Shown: piece by piece, positions 26,564 to 40,654 of the stretch | Position numbering within the stretch: position 1 is the stretch's first letter | Layout of the letters: each line of letters opens with the position of its first letter | DNA from: Octopus sinensis | Lineage: Eukaryota | Direction of reading: 5' to 3' | Length of the DNA stretch: 64,000 bases | Assembly: GCF_006345805.1 (NCBI RefSeq) | Contig: NW_021833302.1 | Location: 13,242-77,241 of the forward strand | Translations under genes and position numbers: made by a program | The notes under the pieces: model-generated | Told to the model about the DNA's origin: nothing | The model's database searches: none | What the model saw: the letters and a program-made list of their open reading frames with translations, nothing else

Positions 26564-27792
26564 CAGGGTTTGGGCAAAATAATGGAAACGTCTAAAAGTT
26601 TCAAGCGAATTTATTTTAACATGGGGTAGGTCCACCTTTGGCAGTAATTACAGCTTGAATTCTACGAGGTATGAATTCTTACAAAGTTTAAATTGTTTCC
26701 AAAGGAATTTTTGTTTATTCTTCAGCTAAAACAGTCTCCAGTTCTTGTTGTGATGGTGGTGAAGGATATCAACTCCTTACTTGTTTTTCTAAAATGCACC
26801 ATAAATGTTCAATAATATTGATATCTGGGGACTGCAGTGGCCAGATAAGATGTTCAACTTAACTAGAACCCTTCTCGTGCCATTCACTAACAAATTTAGC
26901 TATGTGAATTGGAGCGTTATCATTCTGAAAGAATGCGTTTCCCTCCAGAAACACTTCTGCAACCATAAGATGAAATGCTTAAATAGTCTTGACTATTAAT
27001 TCTGGCATGAAAAGAAACAATTGGGCCGGCGGATTTCCAAGATATAGCCCTCCCACAGGTCATTACAGATTCTCCTCCATCTTTAACAGTTGGAAGAAAG
27101 CAGGGTGGGTCAAAATGCTTCTTTTGACTGTCTCCACACGTATACTCGGCCGGCGGTCGGAAATAAGGTACAGGATGACTCGTCCGAGAAAATAACATAC
27201 TTCCACTCCTCTAGAGACGAATTTTGTAGACTTCACTCGAAACGTTTTTGAAAGTAGTGGTTTCCTGATTTGGATCCATCTTGTGAAATCCGAGTTTGTG
27301 CAGCTCCCTGCGAACAGATTTTGTGGAAACTGGGTTCTCGAGGTGGTCGTTAAGCTCTGCAGTAATTTTGGGAGCTGTACTTTTGTGATCCTTTCTAACA
27401 ATTCGCGTAAGAGTCCGACGCCCCCTATCTGAAATTTGGGTTTTCTTCCGGAGTTTTGTTTCGCCGAGGAGGTTTTTCCTTCTTTCTCAAAGGCTGTCAT
27501 TACTTTCGAGACAGTACTTCTTTCGGGTGTTTTCTTTACACAAGCGCCTGCCATACGAGCACCAACAATTTTACCTCTTTGAAAGTCCGATAGATCTGTT
27601 ATTTTAATGAATTTTAATTAACTTTTTCTGATGATATCTGAAAAGCAACAACAATTTTAGCAAACCATATTAAGCAACACTAATAAAAAATAAAAAAAAC
27701 ATAAAAATAAACAAGCTTTTGACGGTTCTATAGATATTTCAAAATTATGATGCTATGATGCTAGGTGTTTCCATTATTTTGTCTCACCACTG
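26564..27792 (-). mobile_element. Tc1-type DNA transposon (DD36E), full length 1229 bp, inactive
   Basis: TA at both flanks, imperfect about 28 bp TIRs (CAG.G.T..G.CAAAATAATGGAAAC), transposase remnants throughout. Confidence 0.92.
26620..27600 (-). pseudogene. Tc1-like transposase pseudogene
   Basis: DLSDFQRGKIVGARMAGA N-terminus, frameshifted FSDES region, FQNDNAPIH...WPLQSPDINIIEHLW; stops and frameshifts present. Confidence 0.9.
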
Positions 27793-28318
27793 TATGTATA
27801 TGCGCGTGTGTATGTGTGAGTGTGTGCGTGTGTGTATGTGTGTGTGTGTATTTATGCATGCATATATATATATTTACTTCTGAGTATTTATGCATATTTG
27901 TATGTATATATGCAAATGTGCTTGTGTTTATCCATACAAACAAGTGCTTGTAATCATATTCATAGGCATAAGAATTTACTTAATATATGTGCATATAGAG
28001 AAATTTAAAAAATACTTATATCCGCTTATATAGAGAGAGACTAATCGATGCATCTATAAATATATCGGTTGCTTTCTCCTTCCACACTCTTGGAACGGGG
28101 CAGAAAGAAGCAGAAAAAAAAGGATCACGTGACTCTATCTATTGTGTATTGAGATATCTGTAGTTTAAATCTCTGTATATGCAAATATTAATTAAATTCT
28201 TATGCCAGCGAATATCATTACGTGCACATCAATGTATTCATATATATATATATAAACACATTTGCATACATACATACAAAAAGAATCCCATACAAACATC
28301 CATATACACATATACGTA

Positions 28319-28379
<61 letters not shown>

Positions 28380-28415
28380 ATCAAAATAAAATAAAAACAT
28401 GATGCGAAGGATTCA

Positions 28416-28493
28416 GCGGTACATATGTTTCGGGCCTTTATTAGACAGATTTATAACAATGCATAATGTATGTCTGTGGCCTTCTTCAGCCGC
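28416..28493 (-). ncRNA. Type I hammerhead ribozyme (minimal stem III) in Penelope 3' region
   Basis: GCGG-CTGAAGA-A-GGCC...GGCC-C-GAAAC-ATAT-GT-A-CCGC: complete core, 4 bp stem I, palindromic ACATATGT stem III, GUA cleavage triplet. Confidence 0.72.
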
Positions 28494-29799
28494 GCACAAC
28501 AGCTTCCACAAGGACATGTGTTACATCAAAAATTCTTGGTTGGGGATGCAAATCCTCTCATTCACGTACGACATAATGCGGCAGCAGCATAGAATTGAAG
28601 CGTCCATCTCTTTCTTCTCTCAATGTAGAATGAGGAAAATTGGATGTTGAGGTAATGTAAATAAATAAATACATATATAGAGGTGAAGATGGAGGGGCGA
28701 GAGTTCGGGACGAGGATAAAAAATGTATAAAAAGTGTAAGTATAGAATAATATAAAAATGTAGAGGATAAAGATATAAAGAGTTGTAAGGAGATGTAAAG
28801 GGGGTATAAAGAAATATAAAGAAATATAAATAAATGTAAAGGCATAAGGTTATAAAGTAAAAATAGAAATAGAAATAAAAGTAAAAAAACCTGATAAAAC
28901 CATGATAAAAGTGTAAAAGAATGTAAAGATAAGGGATGTATAGAGGTTACGGACCAAGCATGGTGGTCAGGAGATTGATAAAATTTAGTTGTAGAATTGT
29001 CAGTAAATCAACAGTTTCGTCTGGGGACTTAATGCGTTGTAAATCAGAGCTGATGAGCATTTAATCTGGTTCCTTGAATTAAATGGACTTCTAGTACATA
29101 CATATCATCATGGATACATACACCCACATACACGCGTACATATACGCCTCCAAGCCTATAAGCATACACACGCACTCGCGCGTAAACACGTACATAAACA
29201 CACACGCACCCACACGCACGCGCGCACACACACATACATACAACAGAATATCCGCATATATACACGGACATTACGCGCGTACACGCTCACATGTATATAC
29301 GCGCGCCCATCACTACATACACACACCTATATGCCCACGCCTCTAGGTCCAGGTATAAGATATTAAAGGATGTGTATAAGAACGTAAGTAAAGAATCCCG
29401 TACTCATGTCAACATGCGCACGCACACACGGCTGTGTGTCCGTATGTGCGTGCACATATACACTCATATACACACACAGAGAGACACACGTGCACACGGG
29501 TATAGCTATAAGATATCGAAGTATGCATGTACATATACGCGCGCGCATATGTATGTGTGCGTACACACACGTACGCGGACGCTCGTATATTCAAAAGGTG
29601 GATCCATAGGTAAGTAAATAAACATATATAGAGGTGTAAAGCGATAAGTTAGGGGTAAGAATGAGGGTAAGGGTAAAGATTAGAAATAAAAAATACAGTA
29701 TAAAATAAGAAATACAATGTAATAGTTAGAAATGAAGTATAAGAATTATAAAAATTATAAGAGTTAAGGTAAGGGATGAAAATGAAAATGAGAATAAAT

Positions 29800-30040
29800 G
29801 GAAGTAGAATAAAAGTAAAAATAAAATTAAAAATAAAAATAAATGGAAGTAGGATAAAAGTAAAAATAAAAGTAAAAATAAAAATAAAATAAAATAAGAT
29901 AAAATAAGATAAAATAAGATAAAATAAAATAAAATAAAATAAAATAAAATAAAATAAAATAAAATAAAATAAAATAAGATAAAATAAAATAAGATAAAAT
30001 AAAATAAAATAAAATAAAATAAAATAAAAAAAGATAAAAA
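29800..30040. repeat. (AAAAT)n pentanucleotide array with AAGAT variants
   Basis: Direct inspection. Confidence 0.95.
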
Positions 30041-30533
30041 TATAATTTTGTAAAGTTTAACATGAGATGAAGGTGGTTGAAAGTTAGAGGTGTGTGTTAA
30101 ACGTAGGGGCGGGCGGGGGGAACTGAAAATTGGAAGGGTGGGAAGTGGAGTTTGGCGGTGTGCGTTCAACATCTGAGTTAGAAATGTGAAAGAGTATAGA
30201 TGTAGGGAATTAAAGAGACTACATAGGGAGGATATGGGTGTAGGAGAAGAAATATTTAGGGAAAAGAAGTCATATATGGGAGACAAAATTTGTATATATA
30301 GGGGGAAAATGCAGGGAACCGTATATGCACATACACACACCCACACCCACACACACACACGCACATGTATATATATATGTATGTGTACACATACGTACAC
30401 GTATGTGCACATACATACGCACACACACACACACACACACACATACACACGCACATATAGGAAAGCGGGATGTGCTGGAGCCGACAGGTTGCACCGGGTG
30501 GGAGGAAATTGCATGGGGGAGTTGGTATAAGAC

Positions 30534-30975
30534 CTAAGCATTGTAGTATTTGAAAGTATTAATAAGTTTATGTATACAGGATGGTTTGAACTCTGACCTT
30601 TTGTTAATAAGATTGTGTTTGTCTTTGAATTTCAAGATGTTCAGGAGTTCTACACAGCATAGTTAGCATCCTGCTCTATTATTTAAATAAGGTGCAGCTG
30701 ATCCGATGATGGACCATCTGAGTTTGAAGTCTATGCATTTGTCTTTTAATTCCCAAATTCTTTTAGAGAGGGAGGTGCTGTTAGCCTTATGTCTGTGTCT
30801 CAGCGAGGACCGGTGGTTGTAGTATCTGGATTTCCAGGAGGTTGAGCAACCAATATAGGTGAGTGTGTTAAACTGAGTACTCACCTCACATGAGTATATT
30901 ACGTTTTTCGCCCTACATGCGCCCTGCAGCGGGCACTCTGATGCACATCTGCAGTTGCATTGCATTGCATTATTC
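30534..30975 (-). pseudogene. Penelope-type GIY-YIG endonuclease domain
   Basis: CNCR..CPLQGAC..KNVIYSCEV....TYIGCSTSWKSRYYNHRSS..STSLSKRIWELK...W.I...A.PY...C*LC..E...LINKRSE...CIH; one in-frame stop. Confidence 0.88.
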
Positions 30976-31864
30976 GGTCGTGTGCTGCTAATCCCATGTA
31001 TACATACATGCTCAAACGAAACAAAAGAGGAAGCAAATCTGCATAAAACAAAGTCACTCACATGGTGAAAAATTATAGTCGAATTTCTTGCTATAAAATG
31101 CATTTAACCTGTCTGGAGCTATTAATTTAGGATCACTCTGTTAAAAGCATTATCAATGCAGCTATACAAGTTGCATTGTCGGGAAGAATGAAATCTGTCT
31201 GAGTATGTGCTGAGCAATTTCAAATTAACCAAACTCTGATATCAGAAGTGTAACTGCATAAATAAATTTGGTTACACACTTTCTGGATCGCAAGAAATTA
31301 TTCGAATCTACTTCAACAATTTTCTCTCTTGTAGGTACAAGAGGCCTTTGACGTGCCCTCGGCTAGCTTGCAATCATCTAGGAAATGTTTCTGTGGTTAC
31401 TGAAAAGATATAGTATCGTAGGGTAATATTTCTTTGACATAGCCTCTACTTGACTTGCTCTCTGTTTATACATTGCATTAAAAGTATTTTCTTTGATGAG
31501 AACATCTAAAAGACACGTAATTAGCTGTCAATAAGACAGTGATAGCCTAAAATATTACTTTGTGAGAGTATTGGTCAAGAATGTAAATGCTATGATGAAG
31601 AGCCTAGATTGGTGGCGAAAAATTCAAAGGATATATATATGGAGCTAGCCAGCACAAATTATCCTACAAAGCAAGTGGATACAGAAATTGTGAAAGTATC
31701 CTAGAAGTTATCACGCACATCATAAGCAACCGAAAATGTCAATATGATGCTATATACATAAGTAGTACGATGACGTTGCAAAAACATTATATAATGTCAT
31801 TATTAGAAAAGGGGAATGCTGACGAGAAAATATGAGACGTTGCTCTTAGGTGGAATATTTTTTA

Positions 31865-32190
31865 AAAGACTCCGCCGGTTACGACGACGAGGGTCCCAGC
31901 TGATACGATCAACGGAACAGCTTGCTCGTGAAATTAACGTGCAAATGGCTGAGCATTCCACAGACACGTGTACCCTTAACGTAGTTCTCGGGGATAATCA
32001 GCGTGACACAGAGAGTGACAAGGCTGACCCTTTGAAATACAAGTACAACTCATTTTTGCCAGCTGAGTGGACTGGAGCAACGTGAAATAAAGTGTCTTGC
32101 TCAAGGACACAACGCGTCGCCGGGAATCGAACTCACAACCTTACGATCATGAGCCGAATGCCCTAACCACTAAGCCACGCGCCCTCACTA
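31865..32190 (-). mobile_element. tRNA-derived SINE with CORE-like segment
   Basis: Minus strand GGCGCGTGGCTTAGTGGTTAGG (A box), GAGTTCGATTCCC (B box), GTGTCCTTGAGCAAGACACTT. Confidence 0.85.
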
Positions 32191-32219
32191 GGTGGAATAT
32201 ATACTCACACGAAATACTG

Positions 32220-32430
32220 ATTTCAAGACTTGACAAAAGGCCAGCAATTTGGAGGGATGGGAAAAAAGTGGATTACATCGACCCCCAATGCTTATTTGGT
32301 GTTTGTTTTATCGACTCTGAAAGGATGAAATGCATAGTCAATCCCAGAAGAATTAGAACTCAGAATCTATAGACAGACGAAATGCCGATAAGCATTTTGC
32401 CCGGAGTGCTAATGATTTTGCCAGCTTGCC
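32220..32430 (-). mobile_element. SINE family B, degenerate
   Basis: GATTACATCGACCCC...GAAAGGATGAAATGC...ACTCAGAA...AAGCATTTTGCCCGG. Confidence 0.7.
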
Positions 32431-33313
32431 GAATTGCCCGAAATACTTAAAATGTTCCAATCGAAACACTAGAAAAACATCCGTATAAAGTAATTAGAGG
32501 TGACAGAGAGAAGCAGATATCAGAGTATTGGAAATCATTTGGCCAGCGAAAACGATACTATATTCAGCGAACTATTGAGACCTTGGCAAACCCATCCGAG
32601 CATTTGCTTTAAATTTATACCTGTAATTATTGACGTAGTTGTCTATGCAACTAACATCCTCGGCATAATCCTTGGAAAGCTAGATATCCCCAAACCTGCA
32701 AGACACAGCTAATTGAGAAATTATTTTCAGAATTTATCAATGGAATTCAGAAAATCTGTGAAACATTTGAGAAAGTGAGGATGCAATAGGTGGAGAACCA
32801 CATTTTGGCAATCAAACACATGTATACGCACGTGTACATAAGACAAAATTATATACATAACTAAACATATTTGCATAAGCATTGGCAAGTGATTCACACT
32901 TGCCAATGATACTCATTGTTATGTTGATCTATATTTTCATGAATTTATTCTGCCATCCATCCATCTGTCCATTTATTATTCATCCATCGACAGACGAGGC
33001 TTCATTTTCCTGAGCGGCACCTTTGGCAAGTATCTTCTACCGTAGCCTCAGATTGACCAATATTTGTTATTTGGGAATCAAGATGAAATATATTAATATG
33101 GTAGAGTGATTTCGTGCTGAACTCTGTAACATTGCATACACACGCGCGCGAACATACACAAATACACACACACACGTGTATGTATGCATATACGTAAATG
33201 CATATATACGTAAATACATATGCATACACACAGACACGTATACAGATTCTTACACAGGTACAGATACACGCACATGTATATCTTGTGTGTGTGTGTGTTT
33301 GTGTGTGTGTGTT

Positions 33314-33350
<37 letters not shown>

Positions 33351-35317
33351 TTGTTTGTGTGTGTGTGTGTGTGCGTGTGTGTGTGTGTGTGTGTGTACGC
33401 GTAGATTTGTTATTAGCCGTAATTTAGCAATTCGGCAGCGGAGCGACCAACAGAATAAGTACCAGACATAAAACACAAGAGGATGATTTGATCGACCGAG
33501 AACTCTTCAATTAAACAATGAATTAAACAACGCCAATGATAGTCGTTATTATCATGATACGTCGAAATGAACGTTTCTAAAAACCTTTCCAATGCGTAAT
33601 GCGGTTCCTATATTTGGCTTAAGATGAGCGGAAGATGAAAGGAGCTGAAAACGGCCGACGATTGATGGCAATTTCTGTATCAATACAGATAAAGCTGGAT
33701 TATAATTTATCCCTGCCAGATAGACATCAGCTAGAAGGGTCGGTGTTAGGTATATGTGGATCACACCTGGTCGTTCGACTGACTATTCATCTACCCTATG
33801 GTGTCTGTTTTACCATGGCTGACCTTGGGATACAGAAGAGCAACAGCAGAAACATTAACTCCAGCGGCATTGAACTAAGTCTAATACCTTATTCAAATAA
33901 GATCATTGGGCAGATGAAAATGAAAGTGTCTCTGGCGTAATCTATATCGATTCGCCTCTCATCTTCTCTCTCTTCCACTCTCTCTCTCTTTTTCTTTCTT
34001 TCTTTCATTCTCATTCTATCTCTCTTTCGCTGTCGCTGCATCTGTCTCACTGTCTCTATCTCTGACTCTCTCTCTTTCTCTCTCTCTCTTTCTCCCTGTC
34101 ATCTACAGTCACTAGATGTCGTAAACACTTAGCCTAAATAGTGTCTGCAAGTATATTTGTATATCCATTAACTATTACATTTTGCTTTATTCGCATGGTT
34201 TATCTCTCATATATTGCAGAGATAGGCTCTGCATATACACAAACATAGATACATACACACAAACACACATACATATGTGCGTGTGTTTGATCGAGTGTAC
34301 TTATATATATGTGTATGAGTATGTATATATATGTGTTCTCCTGAGTCCGTGTGCTCTTCTAAGTACAGAATTAATGATGGATATCTTATATTCAGCCGAG
34401 CATCTAATATGTGTTTATTCAAATATATATTGCTATTGTGGGTTTTGCTTGTGATTTATTTAATATACTTACGTCACTGTTGAAATCTAAAATAATTATT
34501 ATATTATATGTATTTCGTTCATAACAGTAACTTAGTACTGCGTTTTTCCAATGCTTTCAAGCGCTACTTTTAATTTTCCTAAATGGCTAATATATATGAT
34601 TACTGCGTGTATGTATGTATGTATGTATGTATGTATGTATGTATGTATGTATGTATGTATGTATGTATGTATGTATGTATGCATGTATGTATGTATGTAT
34701 GTATGCACATATATATATATATATTATATCATATTCAGTGTTTCAACACTGTTTTACATTACAATTCTCTCATAAAGTTAGCAAAATCTGATCGAAGTGA
34801 AGAGCTAATGTATTCGCTATCACGTTGCTTGTGTTGTTTTCCTTGGGGGTAACTAAATGAGTTATGCATTTCATAGAGTTAGTCGTCTTTTGAATGATTT
34901 GCAATATGTGAGTAGGTTTTAGTCTTTGATATAGAAGACGTCCTTTCTGTTTGTGATGTTTATTTGTACTTTAGTGCGCAGCCAACGTTTGCACATATCT
35001 TAGCGTAAGCGTTATTGGTGGAAGTTGTGCGGATCTCAGATGACAAATGCCACTGAAACTCCATAACTGTGCAATAACACTACTTCATAAAACACTAAAC
35101 TACTCAAATAGACAACACATACATACATACACACACACACAAACCGTTAGGCTTTATTTTCGTTATATATTCCTTCTGTATTGCATATGTGAATTGCAGG
35201 GTTATGTCGTATGTGGAGCCCCATTTGTAGAAAATAGAAATAAACAGTCTCCGACTGCTATTTCTAATTCTTTCGGTATGCGGCAAAGCAACCTGTTGCC
35301 TGTCCCTTCTACTTATA

Positions 35318-35348
<31 letters not shown>

Positions 35349-35629
35349 TAGTAGGTTTGGAGATGATGTACAGGTATTTTATATTAGAAGAAACGAGGTA
35401 CTCAGAAATTCGGATGGTTTTATATTTACAGATATTTATATGTATATTACATGTTTTTATACATCATATAACTTATATCATATATCATATATTAGCGCTT
35501 TCGTCCATTCTGGTGGAGTTTTCAAATTATATAAATATAAGATTTCTTGTGCTATGCGGAAACAATGTGCGATAAGGTAAAAAGTAAATTAGAAAAGAAA
35601 AGGGAAACAAAACAAAACAAAGTTGCAGT

Positions 35630-36380
35630 TTTACCTTGTGTTTCTATACTTCGGGGTTATGACCCTTTCTTCAGGACATTTGGTAAGGAGAAGGAAGGAG
35701 AACGGTAACATGATCAGACTGCTGTTGCTAGAGCAGACAGTGTGTGTGCTTCATATAGTCCATTCCTGTTTTTAATATCTGCTCTCAATTTGTTTATAAG
35801 GAAGGCTTCCGTGATTCTGCGATTGCCTTTTTTGCGTATGGTGACCCTGGTGGTAACTTTAAAATTTTGGGTTTAGCACTTCATTAGGCGTTTTGTTATT
35901 GAAGTGTCAGTGTACATATGTTCTTTTACAGTTTCCTGGTTGTGCTCCACATGTAGGATGCCCTACATTTACTGCAAACTGCTTCGTATATCACATAGGT
36001 TCTCAAGCACGCTTTTAGGTCGTCGATGGGACAATTGGTTAGTGTGGATCCCTCGATGCTATCTCTGGTATTATTCCTCAATCGAAATTACCTCAGGGAT
36101 TGAATGCTGTGCACAACTTCTGTGATGAGTTTTCCCTTGCGGATCCCATGTTGTATAGCTGTAGATGTTCTATCATCAATGTAGTTCAGTTTTATGAAGC
36201 ACTTTCCCGACTTATGGACCTTCTTATGTGGTTTATCCACTTTCGTGTTTCGTGGACTCAATCATTTTGCTACAAATGGTGAATAGCCGTTGTGTGCTAA
36301 GTTCTTGAGGAACCGCCAGATGTTGATAGCTTTGTCTGTTGCTTCGCTGCATCTGTCTCTAATACGTGTGATTTCATTTT
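35630..36380 (-). mobile_element. Second Penelope-like remnant (degenerate GIY-YIG and decayed hammerhead)
   Basis: Minus-strand VIYEAVCSKCRASY(IG)STTRKL and RITEAFLINKLRADIK, with CTGAAGA-AAGGG-TCATAA-CCCC-GAA downstream; upstream boundary uncertain. Confidence 0.7.
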
Positions 36381-36598
36381 GCAAGTATGCGGCTTTGGCT
36401 CTGGTGGACAGGTCTGGTCCGTTGTGTACGAACGGCTTCGTGCTGGCCTCTTTCCAACAAAAAAATTGAATAAATGGATCTCTCCTCTATGATCTTGATT
36501 TGGAAATCCAGCTGAAAGAGGGTTCCGGATTCGTCCAAGTTTTCAGTTTCGAATTGTTTAAAGTTTTCCCACACAATGCTTCACCAAAACTGCAACAC

Positions 36599-36707
<109 letters not shown>

Positions 36708-36929
36708 GGTGTGTGTGTGCGTGCGCATGTGTGTGTATACTTATGTGTGTAAGTATGTACATACCTACGTATGTATGTAAATATGTATGCATGTATGCAT
36801 TGAGCTCAGTCAAAAGTTTTGTAAAACTTTGCTTATTTGCTTTATTTGTCAAATTACAACGCAAGCAGCCATGTTCTGATCCATGGCACACTTCTTGCGC
36901 TTGTGAGTGTTTTTGAACCAAACGGAGGT

Positions 36930-37100
36930 AAAAGCTCCCGTGAAAGAGTTCTTTGCTTCAAATGACAAGAACTGGAATCAGCATGGGATCGAAGAACTGG
37001 CAGAAAGGTGGCTTTAGACAATGCAACATGATGGCCATACTTTGAATGCTAGGCTACGTTTGTTATAACTTGATGAATAAAGCTAAGTTCCAAAGTATTG
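36930..37100 (+). mobile_element. Mariner transposase C-terminal remnant
   Basis: KEFFASNDKNWNQHGIEELAERWL*TMQHDGHTL resembles mariner C-termini. Confidence 0.6.
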
Positions 37101-37123
37101 CAAAACATTTGACTAAACACTGT

Positions 37124-37165
<42 letters not shown>

Positions 37166-38189
37166 ACAGGCAAACAATATAGAATCATTGTAACATTGTG
37201 GAAGCCATAGTAAATAGAATAATAACTCGTGAACTATAAGCAAGTAACGTACAAAAAGAGAGTTCTTATAAAAACAATAGTCGTAAAAAACGATGTTTAA
37301 CATACAATGACCTACTAGATTATGATATTAAGATGTACCAGAGATGACCGACTGTACATAAATCTTGAAAATATACAAAATTCGCAAGGAAATGCAGGTG
37401 AACCAAAAAAATTCTAAACTGCGGTCATATAAGTTTAGCATTAAAATGGTGACACAGTAATGATTGACGGCTTCATTTGTGCAATGAAGTATAATGTCCA
37501 TATGGTGGCAAGAAATGAAAAGGTCTAAAGAGGCGTCTCTGTGTTACAATTACAAATATAGAAGAAACTGACAAAGATTTATGCGATGATCAGTGAACAC
37601 ATGCTACTGACCAACCTCAAAAACGCTGAAATACGAGTCTAGCATTCTCACCGACGTTGCCGGATGATTTTCGTGTGGTTCTTATATATTTTTGTTTTTA
37701 AACTTAATGAGTCCATAAGAGATTCTATCTCCGAACTAATAACGCAGTTAATTTGCCTTTCGTGAGTAGTTGACATTAAGTATGATAAACAATAATCCAA
37801 ACAACAACATAGACATGTCCATCAGCACGAGTACGTTATGATACGCTTCCTTGCTTGCTAAGTTATCCCTTTTCATATAATCCATTTTAATATGCAGCTG
37901 GAATTAGAAATATGATACTTCTACTCGGTTAAACGGGTCGATTCTTTCTTGTGGTATTGTATGAGAGGTAATATCCTGGCAGTAGTGGTCAAAGAAGGAC
38001 AGATGGCAAAGAAGTATGAAAAGACGTTTTCGTTTATTAGCCGAGTGCCCCGCTTCCGCCATCGTTGTCGTTTTCAACTTCACAATCACCATTATCTCCC
38101 TCCCCTCCTCTCTCTCTCGTTATATATAGTTAGTGTAAGTGTGTACATACAACCCCACCATATATTTAGATAGGTAGATAGATAGACAA

Positions 38190-38254
<65 letters not shown>

Positions 38255-38269
38255 TATATATATATATAT

Positions 38270-38368
<99 letters not shown>

Positions 38369-38374
38369 GATGCA

Positions 38375-39260
38375 CGAGGTTCATTCCAGTAGTTATGAGA
38401 CCATTTTTAAGAATGGCAGTTATAAATCTCCTAGATTATTGTAATCTTAACATATCATTACTATATATATAACAAGCTGACCTGGAAACATTGGTTATTT
38501 CACATCGAAGGAGGTAGTTGCAGCAGCTGTTTGAAAGATTCTACTAAACACTACTTGTTACATCTGACTAACAAGTAAAATACAGTTGGGACGTTTATAA
38601 ACTAGCTACAAAATAAAATTTTGTATTAAACTGGGAAACAAAACCACAGCAACTTATAAAATGCTCTAGATTGCTTATGGATCAATTGTTTGCTGTCATA
38701 AGAGTCTGGGAGATATTGAGAGATTTGGGAAGAAAGGGAACGTCAGAAAATCAGAGCTAGTGGTGTAAATTTGCAATTTTCTTGATGAAGACCTTCTTAT
38801 GCATATAAAGACAATAGGTATGCAGTTTGGTTTTGGCGTGACAACTCTACACAGAATTAATACATAAACAAATGAATAAGTGCAAGATTTGTGCAAGCTT
38901 TTTATCCCAGACAACTTAGTGTTGAACATCCATTCTTCTAACCAACTATTTGACAGAGATGAGCATCAAAGCTGCCTCTCACCCTCCATACAGTCTAGAC
39001 CTTGCTCCTTGTGACCCTTAGCTGTTCCCCAAACACATGAGCAGTGGTTTTGAAGACACTGAGAAGATGGAAGGTTTGACAAGGTCCTTTCACATCTATC
39101 CTTAATTTGGAGAACTTCCACGAGGTCACCAGAAAATGCCTGGAGCGTTACGATTGCACTGAAGCCAGAGGATCCAATTTTGAAGGAGAATAGAATCTTG
39201 TAATTGTAATTAACAAATGTCTACATAGAGAAATTCTTAAAACTTCTGGAATGCTCCTCG
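38375..39260 (+). mobile_element. Internally deleted mariner element
   Basis: TIRs CGAGG..CATTCCAG.AGTT at both ends, TA on the right flank (CA on the left); HPPYSLDLAPCD motif at about 38980-39015. Confidence 0.8.
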
Positions 39261-39305
39261 TACAGAAATATGTCCATAAATCTCTCTCTCCCTTCCCATT
39301 CATTT

Positions 39306-39403
<98 letters not shown>

Positions 39404-39637
39404 ATATATGTATATATAATATATATTATATGTATATATATATAATATATACATATGAATATATATGTTAATATGTATGTACGTATGTACGCGTACACAT
39501 TAATGCAAACACTCACTGATATATGCATGTATAAATACATACTTATTTACATGAGCACGCCCATATACGTATATATGCAAATGTCTATGTATATGAGTGT
39601 TTGTGAATTGATAATATACACGTATACTATATCAAAA

Positions 39638-39674
<37 letters not shown>

Positions 39675-40597
39675 TATGAATATATATGTATATATATGTA
39701 TATATATGTATATACATACATATATATATGAGTATATGTGTATATATAAGTATATATATATTCATATGTATGTATATATATATATATTATATATATATAT
39801 ATTTGCATACAGATACATACATAAATGTGCAACCGTAAACAGTCTTATACAGACGTATACATAAATATATCCTACTCAAATTCCATTAGTTAACCAGCGA
39901 TTCTCCTGATATATTCATTTTAAGTTTAGGTAATCCGCTTAATTAAAATGTCTGAAAATATTTTGAATATCAGATTAAGAATGGAAACATACAGTAATTA
40001 GAAAAAAATGAACATATTTATAGCTGTCGGATGCTAGATATTATTTGAACATTTACTTACGTGGCGTATTCATAAATATATTTAGCTGTAGAAACGTATA
40101 TAAATATGCAATGCGTCTGCATAAAGATGAAAGTACATTTATATTCATGTATTCATATATGGTTATAAGCTGAAAAGAAAAACTCAAGTCTCATTGCTTA
40201 TAAAAATAATGAAGACTTCTGAGTATTCTATACGAATATATTTCTTCTTCCTTGAAAACACGCCACAAACACGCACACATGTATGTAATATGTATATACA
40301 AGCAATTATATTTATGTGTTTGTAACACCATAACACGCACATATATGAAGGTATGAGCATACACACACACATTCACACAACACACACATACATACTTACA
40401 TACATACTTACATACAACATACATACACCATATATACAGAATAATGTTTGTTTTTATGTTCAGTTATAATGAAAAGTATTTTACATTTCTCTCAAGGCTT
40501 ACTCTATATTTTTGTAGAGTACAGAATTACTATTCTATAACAAGAATATTATTTACAGTGACTTCGAAGTTTCTAACTATAAGCCAAACATCGGCCT

Positions 40598-40654
<57 letters not shown>

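Larger units (their letters stand above)
28385..31130 (-). mobile_element. Penelope-like element 3' part (GIY-YIG + long microsatellite-rich 3' region + hammerhead)
   Basis: GIY-YIG remnant at 30534-30975 and hammerhead at 28416-28493 on the same strand, ending at (TA)n; continuity of the intervening 2 kb is inferred. Confidence 0.7.

Noticed and set aside
29010-29095. CTGATGAG followed by a CATTTAAT/ATTAAATG hairpin, hammerhead-like
   Set aside because: No GAAA core or stem III on the same strand
29726-30541. 271 aa ORF with FILFY repeats resembling a membrane protein
   Set aside because: Reverse translation of the (AAAAT)n array and CA repeats
32613-32690. Minus-strand 75 nt candidate exon (TGTGTCTTGCAG acceptor, CAG/GTATAA donor)
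   Set aside because: Stop codons in all three frames
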